Shown here piece by piece: positions 38,298 through 46,687 of a DNA stretch of 62,617 nt. Source of the stretch: a virus (Duplodnaviria; Caudoviricetes). Below the pieces are notes generated by a model. It did no database searches, was not told where the DNA came from, and saw only the letters and a list, made by a program, of their open reading frames with translations. Numbering within the stretch: position 1 is the stretch's first letter; the number at the start of each line of letters is the position of its first letter. The position numbers and the translations under genes are program-made. The DNA lies in IMG/VR virus record IMGVR_UViG_3300034106_002415, positions 1 to 62,617 of that record; one strand, 5' to 3'.

Positions 38298-39209
38298 ATG
38301 GCAATTTCGCGCGCACAGCTTCTTAAGGAGCTTCTGCCGGGTCTGAACGCCCTGTTCGGCCTCGAATACGCACGCTACGGCGAAGAGCATAAGCAAATCT
38401 TCGAAACGGAAAGCTCTGAGCGTTCGTTCGAAGAAGAAACCAAGCTCTCGGGCTTCTCGGCTGCGCCGGTGAAGAACGAAGGTTCGGCCATCGCTTATGA
38501 CAACGCGCAGGAAGCTTGGACGGCTCGCTACAACCACGAGACGATTGCTCTCGGGTTTTCCATCACGGAAGAAGCCATCGAAGACAACCTGTACGACTCG
38601 CTGTCGGCCCGCTACACCAAGGCACTTGCTCGTGCCATGGCGTACACCAAGCAGACCAAGGCTGCGGCTGTCCTGAACAACGGTTTCGACGCCGATTATC
38701 CCGGTGGCGATGGCGTGGCTCTGTTCTCGGCTTCGCACCCGCTGGTTGGTGGTGGCACCAACTCGAACATCCCCAGCACTCCGGCTGACCTCAACGAAAC
38801 CTCGCTTGAGGCTGCGGTCATTCAGATTGCTGCGTGGACCGACGAGCGTGGCCTGCTGATCGCGGCTAAGCCGAAGAAGCTGGTTGTCCCGCCGAGCCTG
38901 ATGTTCGTTGCGACCCGACTGCTGGAGACCGAACTCCGCGTGTCGACCGCCGACAACGACATCAACGCCATCAAGTCGAACGGCGCTATCCCTGAAGGGT
39001 ACACGGTCAACCACTTCCTGACCGACCCGGACGCATGGTTCCTGACGACCGATGTGCCGAACGGCCTGAAGCACTTTGTTCGTACGCCGATGGCGCAGAA
39101 CATGGATGGTGACTTCGACACCGGCAACGTTCGCTACAAGAGCCGCGAGCGTTACAGCTTTGGCTGGTCTGACCCGCTGGGCATGTACGGTAGCGAAGGC
39201 GCTGCCTAA
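38298..39209 (+). CDS. Major capsid protein (Mu gpT-like family)
   Basis: MAISRAQLLKELLPGLNALFG start, KNEG, DGVALFS..HP, LVVPP and RERYSFGWSD motifs; strong RBS; followed by a terminator. Confidence 0.85.
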   Translation: MAISRAQLLKELLPGLNALFGLEYARYGEEHKQIFETESSERSFEEETKLSGFSAAPVKNEGSAIAYDNAQEAWTARYNHETIALGFSITEEAIEDNLYDSLSARYTKALARAMAYTKQTKAAAVLNNGFDADYPGGDGVALFSASHPLVGGGTNSNIPSTPADLNETSLEAAVIQIAAWTDERGLLIAAKPKKLVVPPSLMFVATRLLETELRVSTADNDINAIKSNGAIPEGYTVNHFLTDPDAWFLTTDVPNGLKHFVRTPMAQNMDGDFDTGNVRYKSRERYSFGWSDPLGMYGSEGAA

Positions 39210-39237
39210 GCTAAGTCCTAGGGAAGTTTAGGACTTC

Positions 39238-39270
39238 GAGACCCCCCGGCGAGAGTCGGGGGGTCTTTTT
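39238..39270 (+). terminator. Intrinsic terminator after the capsid gene
   Basis: agaccccccggc/gtcggggggtct stem followed by a T run; second hairpin aagtccta/taggactt just upstream. Confidence 0.85.
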
Positions 39271-39400
39271 CTGTCCGCTATAAGGCCGGTGGTTCGTTAT
39301 CTAGACCTGTAACGTTACCTGTAACTAAGTCTCCTTATCCGTGCTTCAAACCTAGCAGACCACACTTTGTTTTCGCAGGTACATGTTGTAAGAGGATGGT

Positions 39401-39937
39401 ATGACTAGGGCGGAGGCAAAAGCTGCGGGGCTACCCCGTTACCACGGGAGACCCTGTCAAATTCATGGCACGACCGAGCGGTACACCGCAAATTGCGAGT
39501 GTTGCGCGTGCGCGTGTGTGAGGACGGCAAAAGACCATCAGAAACATCTAGCTAAACGGCGCGCCGTTAAGGCTGCGTATCGAGTAGAGCACCGGGAGGA
39601 GGCCCGCGATAGGTCGGCTAAATGGAGCGCAGAAAACCCCGATAGGGCGCGTGAGCGCGTGGCTATATGGCATAGGGAGAACCGCGATAAGAGTTGCGCC
39701 AAGCGCGCTAAACGCCGTGCGGCCTTGGTCAACCGCACACCCGTATGGGCGGATTTAAAAATTATAGCTGAAATCTATGCCGAAGCACAGAGACTGACCG
39801 AGACCACGGGGGTCCCGCATCATGTAGACCATATTATCCCGTTGCATGGTAAGACTGTATCGGGGCTACACGTGGAGGGAAATTTGCAGATTCTCACCGC
39901 GCAAGAAAACTTGCGTAAGAGCAACCGTGTGGTATAA
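39401..39937 (+). CDS. Free-standing HNH homing endonuclease
   Basis: Y.G.PC..HG...RY....C..C N-terminus; HVDHIIPL..GLHV..NL......N..K.N motif. Confidence 0.85.
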   Translation: MTRAEAKAAGLPRYHGRPCQIHGTTERYTANCECCACACVRTAKDHQKHLAKRRAVKAAYRVEHREEARDRSAKWSAENPDRARERVAIWHRENRDKSCAKRAKRRAALVNRTPVWADLKIIAEIYAEAQRLTETTGVPHHVDHIIPLHGKTVSGLHVEGNLQILTAQENLRKSNRVV

Positions 39938-39956
39938 GTGCGGAACCGGAATTATA

Positions 39957-40013
39957 CCCGTGCCGACTGGTCCGGCAGACGTTGCAGAGACGGTACGGGG
40001 GATGTGCTGCTAC
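39957..40013 (+). ncRNA. Structured RNA element downstream of the gpT-like capsid gene (possible Mu-gpT-DE motif)
   Basis: Stem cccgtgccg/cggtacggg enclosing hairpin ctg-N6-cag; loop gcag can pair with ctgc near the RBS. Confidence 0.4.
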
Positions 40014-40026
40014 ACGGAGATAAATA

Positions 40027-40425
40027 ATGGCGAATACCACGTTCAACGGTCCGGTACGTTCTGAGAACGGCTTCGAGACCATCTCGATCAACCAATCGAC
40101 CGGTACGGTTACCGTCACCTCCACCCTTGGCCCTGCCATGTCGGTTACTTCTCTGGCGGCAACTGGCGCTGTCACGGCAGCTTCGGTAGCGGCAACTGGC
40201 AACGTCACGGCTGACAGCAACGTCGCGCTTGTCGCTGGCGGCGCTTCTGCGTTCATCGCAACCAACACGGCTGCTGGTATGGGTATGTACGTCGGTTCAG
40301 GCGCTCCGACCGTGGCTGCTGCCAAGGGTTCGATCTATCTGCGTAGCGATGGTAGCTCGACGTCGACCCGTCTGTACGTTTCGGATGGTGGCACCACTTG
40401 GATCGCCGTAACCACCGCATCGTAA
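40027..40425 (+). CDS. Putative minor virion protein
   Basis: MANTTFNGPVRSENGF start; Thr/Ser/Ala-rich; GSGAP...GSIYLR motif. Confidence 0.65.
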   Translation: MANTTFNGPVRSENGFETISINQSTGTVTVTSTLGPAMSVTSLAATGAVTAASVAATGNVTADSNVALVAGGASAFIATNTAAGMGMYVGSGAPTVAAAKGSIYLRSDGSSTSTRLYVSDGGTTWIAVTTAS

Positions 40426-40449
40426 TAGCTCAATAGGAGGGCCACCCCT

Positions 40450-40926
40450 ATGGGTATGCAATACGATGTCAAATCCCAACACCGGTCTACTTCAGGTGTT
40501 ATATACGGTTCCCGCACCCGTCTGAAGGGGGCTATCCTCTCCGCTAACGCAGCTGCGGCAGCGAGGAACGTCCTTTTCATGGACAATAATCCGCAAGCGG
40601 GTACGTATAGCATTGCCTCAACCACACTAACAGTTACGGTAGCAAATAATCTCGTTGCCGGTGATAGGGTATTCCTAGATTTTACTAGCGGTTCTGCTGT
40701 GGATGGTGCGTATACGGTTGTTTCGGCTGATGCCACTTCCTTCACGGTTACTACGGCGGCATCTGGTACGGGTAACGTGAATGTCTACATGACCGTCTTG
40801 CTGGAAGCCGATAGCTATAACGCTGTGGCGTATTCTATCCTTGTTCCCGGCGAAGGCATCCTTGCTGACAATGGGATTTACGTGGGATTGCCCGCTAACA
40901 TAACTGTTACAGCCTTTTACGGGTGA
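40450..40926 (+). CDS. Putative minor virion protein
   Basis: Beta-rich; RLKG...PGEGIL...GIYV...T.FYG pattern with an inserted beta domain. Confidence 0.65.
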   Translation: MGMQYDVKSQHRSTSGVIYGSRTRLKGAILSANAAAAARNVLFMDNNPQAGTYSIASTTLTVTVANNLVAGDRVFLDFTSGSAVDGAYTVVSADATSFTVTTAASGTGNVNVYMTVLLEADSYNAVAYSILVPGEGILADNGIYVGLPANITVTAFYG

Positions 40927-40929
40927 CAT

Positions 40930-41664
40930 ATGCAAGCAGTCAAAGGCTTCGATATGGCGGGAAAAGGGGTCTTCATCGGCCTCCCCGCCTACGACTTCAA
41001 GGTGTCGCTGAAGCTTGCGGTCTCGCTTGCTCGTTTCGCGCAACTGGCTCCTAAGCACGGTATCGACATCAACATCGGCAGCGTCTGTGGCTGCTCGGTG
41101 GTCTCTCGGGCGCGCAACCTGCTGGTGCAGGACCTGCTTGAGTCGGACGCCGACTACCTGCTGTTTATCGACTCGGACATCAACTTCGAACCCGAAGACA
41201 TCCTGCGCCTGATGGCGTGGGCGCAAGACCCCAAGAAGGGTATTGTGGCGGGTGTCCCCCGCGTCCGGGACGTCAACAAAACCTACATCGCAAACCTCGA
41301 CCACGATGAAAATGGCGAGTTGACGATGAATGGTATGGGTCTTGTTCGGGCTACGCGCGTAGCCACAGCGTTCATGTTGATTCAGCGCAAGGTCATCGAG
41401 GACATGATCGCCGCGCACCCGGAGTGGAAGTACTACGACAAGCGCTGCGAGAAGACGGTCCCGGCCCTGTTCGACTTCAAGCTCACCGACGAGGGTTACA
41501 TGGGCGAGGACTTCCTGTTCTGCGACCGTGCCCGCGAGCTGGGTTATGAAGTGTGGGTCGATCCGACCATTAGCCTCGGCCACATGGGTGTGCAGGAGTA
41601 CACCGGTAACTTTGGGGACGACGTCCTCTACCCGATGGTTGTTCCGCAGAAGGATGTAGCATGA
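40930..41664 (+). CDS. GT-A fold glycosyltransferase-like protein in the virion module
   Basis: IGLPAY, VSRARN, LLFIDSD, ATAFMLI and GEDFLFC motifs. Confidence 0.75.
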   Translation: MQAVKGFDMAGKGVFIGLPAYDFKVSLKLAVSLARFAQLAPKHGIDINIGSVCGCSVVSRARNLLVQDLLESDADYLLFIDSDINFEPEDILRLMAWAQDPKKGIVAGVPRVRDVNKTYIANLDHDENGELTMNGMGLVRATRVATAFMLIQRKVIEDMIAAHPEWKYYDKRCEKTVPALFDFKLTDEGYMGEDFLFCDRARELGYEVWVDPTISLGHMGVQEYTGNFGDDVLYPMVVPQKDVA

Positions 41665-42080
41665 AGCGCAAGAAGCGTTACGCCGATGGTGGTGGGGTAG
41701 ACGAGGAACTCGTCGTCGAGGGTATGCGCCCTCAGAACTTCAACCTTGCTTCTCTGAATCGTGGCTCGTCCAGCGGCGGTATGGGTCCGTCTATGCCAGG
41801 TGGCGGCGGTGGTATGCCCGCTCCTGCAATGGGCTCGGCTCCGGCTCGTGCTCCTATGCCGATTGGCCGTACTGCCGGTTATCTGGGCCCCACCATCCGT
41901 GGGGAAGGCGGCGAGCGCGTGTCTATGGGTATGGGCCGGCGCGGCGCTATCGGCGCAGGCGCGTCTATCCCCTTTAAGAAGGGCGGCAAAGTCAAGAAGA
42001 TGGCCAAGGGCGGTTCCACCGCCTCCAAGCGCGCTGACGGCTGCGCCACCAAGGGCAAGACTAAAGGAAGGTTTGTCTGA
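41661..42080 (+). CDS. Small basic Gly/Met-rich protein with KRADG tag
   Basis: YADGG, FKKGG, MAKGG; ends SKRADGCATKGKTKGRFV. Confidence 0.75.
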   Translation: MKRKKRYADGGGVDEELVVEGMRPQNFNLASLNRGSSSGGMGPSMPGGGGGMPAPAMGSAPARAPMPIGRTAGYLGPTIRGEGGERVSMGMGRRGAIGAGASIPFKKGGKVKKMAKGGSTASKRADGCATKGKTKGRFV

Positions 42081-42373
42081 TGGCTAAGATTGACAAAATC
42101 CTCGGCTCCATCTCCCCGATGTATGGCATGGTCAGTGGGGAAGGTCTGTTCTCCAATATACGCAAAATCAGCCCCTTTATGCACGCTATTGGCGAAGGCG
42201 ACACCGCTGCCGAGAAGCGACGTCGTGCGGCTATGGAAGACAAGACCGCTGCGGACGCAGCCCCCGGTATGAAGCGCGGCGGTGCGGTCAAGAAGATGGC
42301 CAAGGGCGGTAGCGCCTCCAAGCGCGCCGATGGTTGCGCCACCAAGGGTAAGACGAAGGGACGGTTCGTATGA
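42080..42373 (+). CDS. Small basic protein with KRADG tag
   Basis: MKRGG, MAKGG; ends SKRADGCATKGKTKGRFV. Confidence 0.75.
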   Translation: MAKIDKILGSISPMYGMVSGEGLFSNIRKISPFMHAIGEGDTAAEKRRRAAMEDKTAADAAPGMKRGGAVKKMAKGGSASKRADGCATKGKTKGRFV

Positions 42374-42906
42374 AGAAGGACCCGAATAACGCCTACGACT
42401 CTAAGGCTGCGCGCGAGAAGGCTATGCAAGATGTTCAGGCGGACATTGATATGCGTGACTTCGCTGACGCCGCTCCAATTTCGTTTCGTAAACGAGCCGG
42501 GGATATTGGCCCGCTGACTAAAATGGAGCGGATGGCCAAAGATGACGTATATAAAAATCGCGTTGGTCCCGGTCGTCGCTTGAGTGAAGCAGAAGGTGAT
42601 GCCACCCGCAAGCGTCTCATCGAGAAGTACGCCAAAGAAGCCCCCGCTTCAAAGATGCCGTCGTCGGCTGAGAGCGCCGCTGCGGGTAATCGCGCCTCTA
42701 AGGAAAACGCTAAGGACGCAAAGGCGGTTGCAGCGACAACCCCCCGCAAGAGACCGTCGATTGCAGCGTCCATGGATAGCGCCCGCCGCGTTGGTCGCCA
42801 AGAAGGTGATGAGATGCGCAAGATGGGTATGGCCAAGGGCGGCTCCGTCTCCAAGCGTGCTGACGGCTGCGCGGTGCGCGGTAAGACCAAGGGGAAAATC
42901 TACTAA
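42370..42906 (+). CDS. Small basic protein with KRADG tag
   Basis: MAKGG; ends SKRADGCAVRGKTKGKIY. Confidence 0.75.
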   Translation: MKKDPNNAYDSKAAREKAMQDVQADIDMRDFADAAPISFRKRAGDIGPLTKMERMAKDDVYKNRVGPGRRLSEAEGDATRKRLIEKYAKEAPASKMPSSAESAAAGNRASKENAKDAKAVAATTPRKRPSIAASMDSARRVGRQEGDEMRKMGMAKGGSVSKRADGCAVRGKTKGKIY

Positions 42907-43160
42907 TGGCTAAGTCCCCGGCTTGGACGCGTAAGGAAGGCAAGAACCCCAAGGGTGGCTTGAACGCCAAGGGGCGTGCGTCCTACAACAAAGCCAATCC
43001 GGGGAAGCCGGGGCTCAAGGCCCCGCAGCCTGAAGGTGGTGCCCGTAAGAAGTCCTTCTGTGCCCGGATGTCTGGGATGAAGAAGAAACTGACGAGCTCC
43101 AAGACCGCCAACGATCCGAACAGCCGTATCAACAAGTCTCTCCGGGCGTGGAAGTGCTGA
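42906..43160 (+). CDS. Small basic protein (DUF6321-like)
   Basis: KNPKGGLNAKGR...RKKSFCARM...SLRAWKC pattern. Confidence 0.7.
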   Translation: MAKSPAWTRKEGKNPKGGLNAKGRASYNKANPGKPGLKAPQPEGGARKKSFCARMSGMKKKLTSSKTANDPNSRINKSLRAWKC

Positions 43161-43161
43161 T

Positions 43162-43326
43162 ATGACCGACGACGCAAAGACTATGCTCGACGCAGCCTCG
43201 GTGTTCACCGTTGTCGGAACTCTAATGGACGTGCTTCCGGCTGTTGCCGCCATCTTCACCATCATCTGGACTAGCATCCGTATCTATGAGACAGATACGG
43301 TGCAAAAACTTCTCGGAAAGGACTAA
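43162..43326 (+). CDS. 54-aa membrane protein, holin-like; missing from the ORF track
   Basis: Manual translation MTDDAKTMLDAASVFTVVGTLMDVLPAVAAIFTIIWTSIRIYETDTVQKLLGKD. Confidence 0.6.
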   Translation: MTDDAKTMLDAASVFTVVGTLMDVLPAVAAIFTIIWTSIRIYETDTVQKLLGKD

Positions 43327-43327
43327 C

Positions 43328-43606
43328 ATGCCTAGCAAGACCCCCAAGCAGAAAAGCTTCATGGCCGCTGTGGCCAACAACCCCAAGTTCGCCAAGAAGG
43401 TGGGCGTGGCCCCCAAGGTCGGTAAGGAGTTCGCTATGAAGGACAAGAAGATGGGCATGAAGAAGATGGCCTCTGGCGGTGCATGTAAGGCCGCTGGCGG
43501 TAACGTGTCGAAGCGCGCCGATGGTATCGCCAAGAAGGGCAAGACCGACACCAAGATGCCGAAGATGGCCATGGGCGGTTACGCCAAGGGCGGAAAGAGC
43601 TGCTGA
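43328..43606 (+). CDS. Small Lys-rich protein with KRADG tag
   Basis: ATG 43328 MPSKTPKQ; MASGG, KRADGIAKKGKT, MAMGG, YAKGG. Confidence 0.75.
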   Translation: MPSKTPKQKSFMAAVANNPKFAKKVGVAPKVGKEFAMKDKKMGMKKMASGGACKAAGGNVSKRADGIAKKGKTDTKMPKMAMGGYAKGGKSC

Positions 43607-43607
43607 C

Positions 43608-43886
43608 ATGCGACCGAGTCGGGGTATGGGTGCCATAGCGGCATCCAAGATGCCAAAGGCGAAGACTATTCGTCGGAAGGACAACCCCGGCGAGGTCACC
43701 ATGTACGCCAAGGGCGGCAAGGTTAAGGCGAAACGCATGGCTGAAGGTGGTAGCGCCAAGGACGCGTGCTACTCCAAGGTCAAGGCGCGCTACAAAGTCT
43801 TTCCTTCCGCCTACGCCTCGGGTGCTATCTCCAAGTGCCGTAAGGTCGGTGCCAAGAACTGGGGTAACAAAGGTGGCGGTTCGTAA
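43608..43886 (+). CDS. Small basic protein
   Basis: ATG 43608 MRPSRGMG; YAKGG, MAEGG, DACY.KVK..YKVFPSAYASG. Confidence 0.7.
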   Translation: MRPSRGMGAIAASKMPKAKTIRRKDNPGEVTMYAKGGKVKAKRMAEGGSAKDACYSKVKARYKVFPSAYASGAISKCRKVGAKNWGNKGGGS

Positions 43887-44148
43887 AACCGAGAAAGGCG
43901 CTTCGCTCAAGCGCTGGTTCCAAGAAGACTGGAAGGACGTCCGCACGGGTAAAGCCTGCGGGCGTCAGCCGGGTGAGAAACGCGGCACACCTTACTGTAG
44001 ACCCAGCAAGCGTATTTCTGATAAGACCCCCAAGACGTCGTCGGAAATGACCCCCACGGAGAAGAAGACGCGTATCGCTCAGAAGAAGCGGTTGGGGCAA
44101 CCTCCGGGTGCACCTAAGCGTGTACAGGCAGCGCGGAGACAGAAATGA
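43873..44148 (+). CDS. Small basic protein (DUF5872-like)
   Basis: LKRWFQEDW.D..TGK.CG...PYCRP pattern; GTG start. Confidence 0.65.
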   Translation: MAVRKTEKGASLKRWFQEDWKDVRTGKACGRQPGEKRGTPYCRPSKRISDKTPKTSSEMTPTEKKTRIAQKKRLGQPPGAPKRVQAARRQK

Positions 44149-44861
44149 CCACCAGCGGCACCGCAACGTTCGACCTTAACCTGAACGAGCTGTTCGAAGA
44201 AGCCTTCGAGCGGTGCGGTGCCGAGATGCGCACGGGCTATGACTTCCGCACGGCGCGGCGCAGCCTGAACCTGCTGACCATCGAGTGGGCCAACCGGGGG
44301 ATAAACCTGTGGACTCTTGAGCAGGGGTCGATCCCCATGGTGCAGGGGCAGATCACCTATGACCTGCCTGTGGATACAATTGATCTTCTGGAGCAAGTTA
44401 TCCGCACCAACGCGGGTTCGGGTCCAAATCAGATCGACATCAACATCACCCGCATCAGCGCCGATACCTACATCACGATCCCGAACAAGAACGCACAGGG
44501 GCGTCCTATTCAGGTGTGGATCAACCGCCGGTCAGGTGCCACTACGCCAACAGGCGTACAGAACCCGCAGATCAACGTATGGCCCGCTCCGGACCAGAAC
44601 AACTACTACACCTTCTTCTATTACCGCCTACGTCGTATCCAAGACGCCGGCACCAACGGCCTTGTAACGCAGGACATCCCCTTCCGCTTCCTACCATGCC
44701 TCGTGGCAGGCTTGGCGTATCATCTCTCGTTGAAAATCCCCGGCGCGCTGGAGCGGGCTATCCCGCTTAAAGCCATGTACGATGAAGCTTGGCAGCAGGC
44801 TGCTGACGAAGACCGGGAGAAGGCCCCGCTGCGGATCGCCCCCCGTCAGTATTTCCGATAA
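44145..44861 (+). CDS. Putative head-tail adaptor/virion protein
   Basis: MTTSGT..F, EEAFERCG, ARRSLNLL..EWANRG, WPAPD and FLPCLVAGLAY motifs. Confidence 0.7.
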   Translation: MTTSGTATFDLNLNELFEEAFERCGAEMRTGYDFRTARRSLNLLTIEWANRGINLWTLEQGSIPMVQGQITYDLPVDTIDLLEQVIRTNAGSGPNQIDINITRISADTYITIPNKNAQGRPIQVWINRRSGATTPTGVQNPQINVWPAPDQNNYYTFFYYRLRRIQDAGTNGLVTQDIPFRFLPCLVAGLAYHLSLKIPGALERAIPLKAMYDEAWQQAADEDREKAPLRIAPRQYFR

Positions 44862-44864
44862 GTT

Positions 44865-45356
44865 ATGTCCTACGGCCCATCGTTCTTGGCATGGGCTGCG
44901 GGGTTTTTCGACGGCGAAGGCTCTGTTTTTGTTGAGATATCCAAGAACAAAAACACCCGGCGTAGAGTACGTAACTTGCTAACCGCGTCCGTTACTCAGA
45001 CGTCTACACCGTGCCTGAATCTGTTCAAAGAGCATTTTGGCGGTAATATAACACCGATAACCAAGAACCGTCGACACCACATGAACAACTCTGTCTGCTA
45101 CGTGTGGCGCGTACGCAGTAAAGATGCGATAGCGTTCCTTGAAGCCATAGCCCCTTATGTGGTAGTGAAGAAGGAGCAAGTAGAGTTAGCGCTTCAGTAC
45201 CCACTTACGCCAGCAGACGGCAGGAAATATGCGGGTCCCTACAACCCCCTGCCTGACGAGGTCCATAACCGGCGTATGGAGATTGGGCAAAAACTCAGAG
45301 ACATCCGAGCGTCGATGAAGACGGCTTCGGCAGTGAGGGAGGATGTAAGTGCCTAA
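44865..45356 (+). CDS. Single-motif LAGLIDADG homing endonuclease
   Basis: WAAGFFDGEGS motif, VTQT, FGGNI, PY..VKK.Q; more AT-rich than neighbours. Confidence 0.85.
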   Translation: MSYGPSFLAWAAGFFDGEGSVFVEISKNKNTRRRVRNLLTASVTQTSTPCLNLFKEHFGGNITPITKNRRHHMNNSVCYVWRVRSKDAIAFLEAIAPYVVVKKEQVELALQYPLTPADGRKYAGPYNPLPDEVHNRRMEIGQKLRDIRASMKTASAVREDVSA

Positions 45357-45741
45357 TCGCTTTGCCTCCGGCAAAAAAGCTATCGCGGAGTGCGACCGTT
45401 GCGGTCAGCGCTACAAGCTGAAAGAGCTCAAGCAGCTCGTCATCAAGACGAAGAACGTCAACATCCTTGTCTGCTATACGTGCTGGGAACCTGACCAACC
45501 TCAGTTGCAGCTGGGTATGTATCCCGTGGATGACCCGCAGGCGCTGCGTAATCCTCGCCCGGACGTCAGCTATTTGCAGAGCGGCTTGAACGACAACGGC
45601 TTTCCAAGCGAAGGTAGCCGCGTGATCCAGTGGGGCTGGAACCCTGTTGGTCTCGACAATCCACTGGGTTTATCTGGGCTTCCAAATACGCTATTAGGAC
45701 AAGGTCAGATAGGCACTGTGACGGTAACGACGGAGAACTAA
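45349..45741 (+). CDS. Conserved Zn-ribbon virion-module protein
   Basis: CDRCG...VCYTCWE..QPQ..DPQALRNPRPD pattern. Confidence 0.7.
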   Translation: MPNRFASGKKAIAECDRCGQRYKLKELKQLVIKTKNVNILVCYTCWEPDQPQLQLGMYPVDDPQALRNPRPDVSYLQSGLNDNGFPSEGSRVIQWGWNPVGLDNPLGLSGLPNTLLGQGQIGTVTVTTEN

Positions 45742-45742
45742 G

Positions 45743-45868
45743 ATGGCCAAGGGTGGTAAGACAAACGCGCAGATGCTGGCGATGGGTCGTAACCTCGCCA
45801 AGCTCGCCAACCAGAAGAGCGGTAAGAAGCCGGTCAAGGACATGGGTAAGGTGAACAAAAATGGCTAA
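45743..45868 (+). CDS. 41-aa basic peptide; missing from the ORF track
   Basis: MAKGGKTNAQMLAMGRNLAKLANQKSGKKPVKDMGKVNKNG; RBS GGAG. Confidence 0.6.
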   Translation: MAKGGKTNAQMLAMGRNLAKLANQKSGKKPVKDMGKVNKNG

Positions 45869-46004
45869 CGGCACTCCGAAGCAGGTCCCTGTTGGTAAGA
45901 ACAACAGCGGCTATCCGAACAACATCGCCAACACTCAGACCCAGAAGACGCGCGGCACCGGTGCGGCGACCAAGGGCACTGGGCACAGTACAAAGATGGG
46001 TTGA
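45861..46004 (+). CDS. 47-aa basic peptide; missing from the ORF track
   Basis: Ends KTRGTGAATKGTGHSTKMG; TGATG coupling to the next gene. Confidence 0.6.
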   Translation: MANGTPKQVPVGKNNSGYPNNIANTQTQKTRGTGAATKGTGHSTKMG

Positions 46005-46684
46005 TGAACTACGCTCAGCTCTTTGAGACCATCAAGGGGTACGTCGAAAACGACTTCCCCAACACCTCGTGGACGGATTCTGCCGGCACGGGGACGGTGA
46101 CGTTTACCTCAACGGAGCAGATCAATACCTTCATCGTCAACGCCGAGGAGCGTATCTTCAACGCGGTCCAGCTGCTGGACCTGCGCAAGAACGTGACGGG
46201 TAACTGCACGGCAGGTAACAAGTATCTCTCGGTGCCGTCTGATTGGCTGGCTAACTTCTCATTGGCTGTGATCGACGCCAGTGGGAACTACGAGTACCTG
46301 TTGAACAAGGACGTCAGCTATATCCGTCAGTCGTTTCCGAACCCGAACACGCAGGGTATCCCGTCTCACTACGCTTACTTTGACGAGAACTCGTACATCC
46401 TTGGTCCGACGCCGGATGCTTCTTACTCCGTCGAGCTGCACTATTTCTACTACCCACCGTCAATCACGACTGCAAGCACCTCGTGGCTTGGGGACAACTT
46501 CGAAAGCGTGCTACTCTATGGCTCTCTTCTCGAAGCTTATACCTTTATGAAGGGCGAGCAGGACGTGATTGCTAGCTACCAAAAGCGCTACGACGAAGCG
46601 CTTGCCCTGCTGAAGCAGCTGGCCGAAGGCAAGAACCGTGAAGATATGTATCGTAGCGGCCAAGTCCGATACCCAGTGAGGTAA
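46004..46684 (+). CDS. Putative tail tubular/adaptor protein
   Basis: MNYAQL...I..AE.RI, GPTPD..Y.VELHY and LLYGSL.EAY.FMK motifs. Confidence 0.7.
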   Translation: MNYAQLFETIKGYVENDFPNTSWTDSAGTGTVTFTSTEQINTFIVNAEERIFNAVQLLDLRKNVTGNCTAGNKYLSVPSDWLANFSLAVIDASGNYEYLLNKDVSYIRQSFPNPNTQGIPSHYAYFDENSYILGPTPDASYSVELHYFYYPPSITTASTSWLGDNFESVLLYGSLLEAYTFMKGEQDVIASYQKRYDEALALLKQLAEGKNREDMYRSGQVRYPVR

Positions 46685-46687
46685 CCT

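Noticed and set aside
39210-39400. Group I intron around the HNH gene
   Set aside because: The capsid gene ends normally and is followed by a terminator; no intron core was recognisable.
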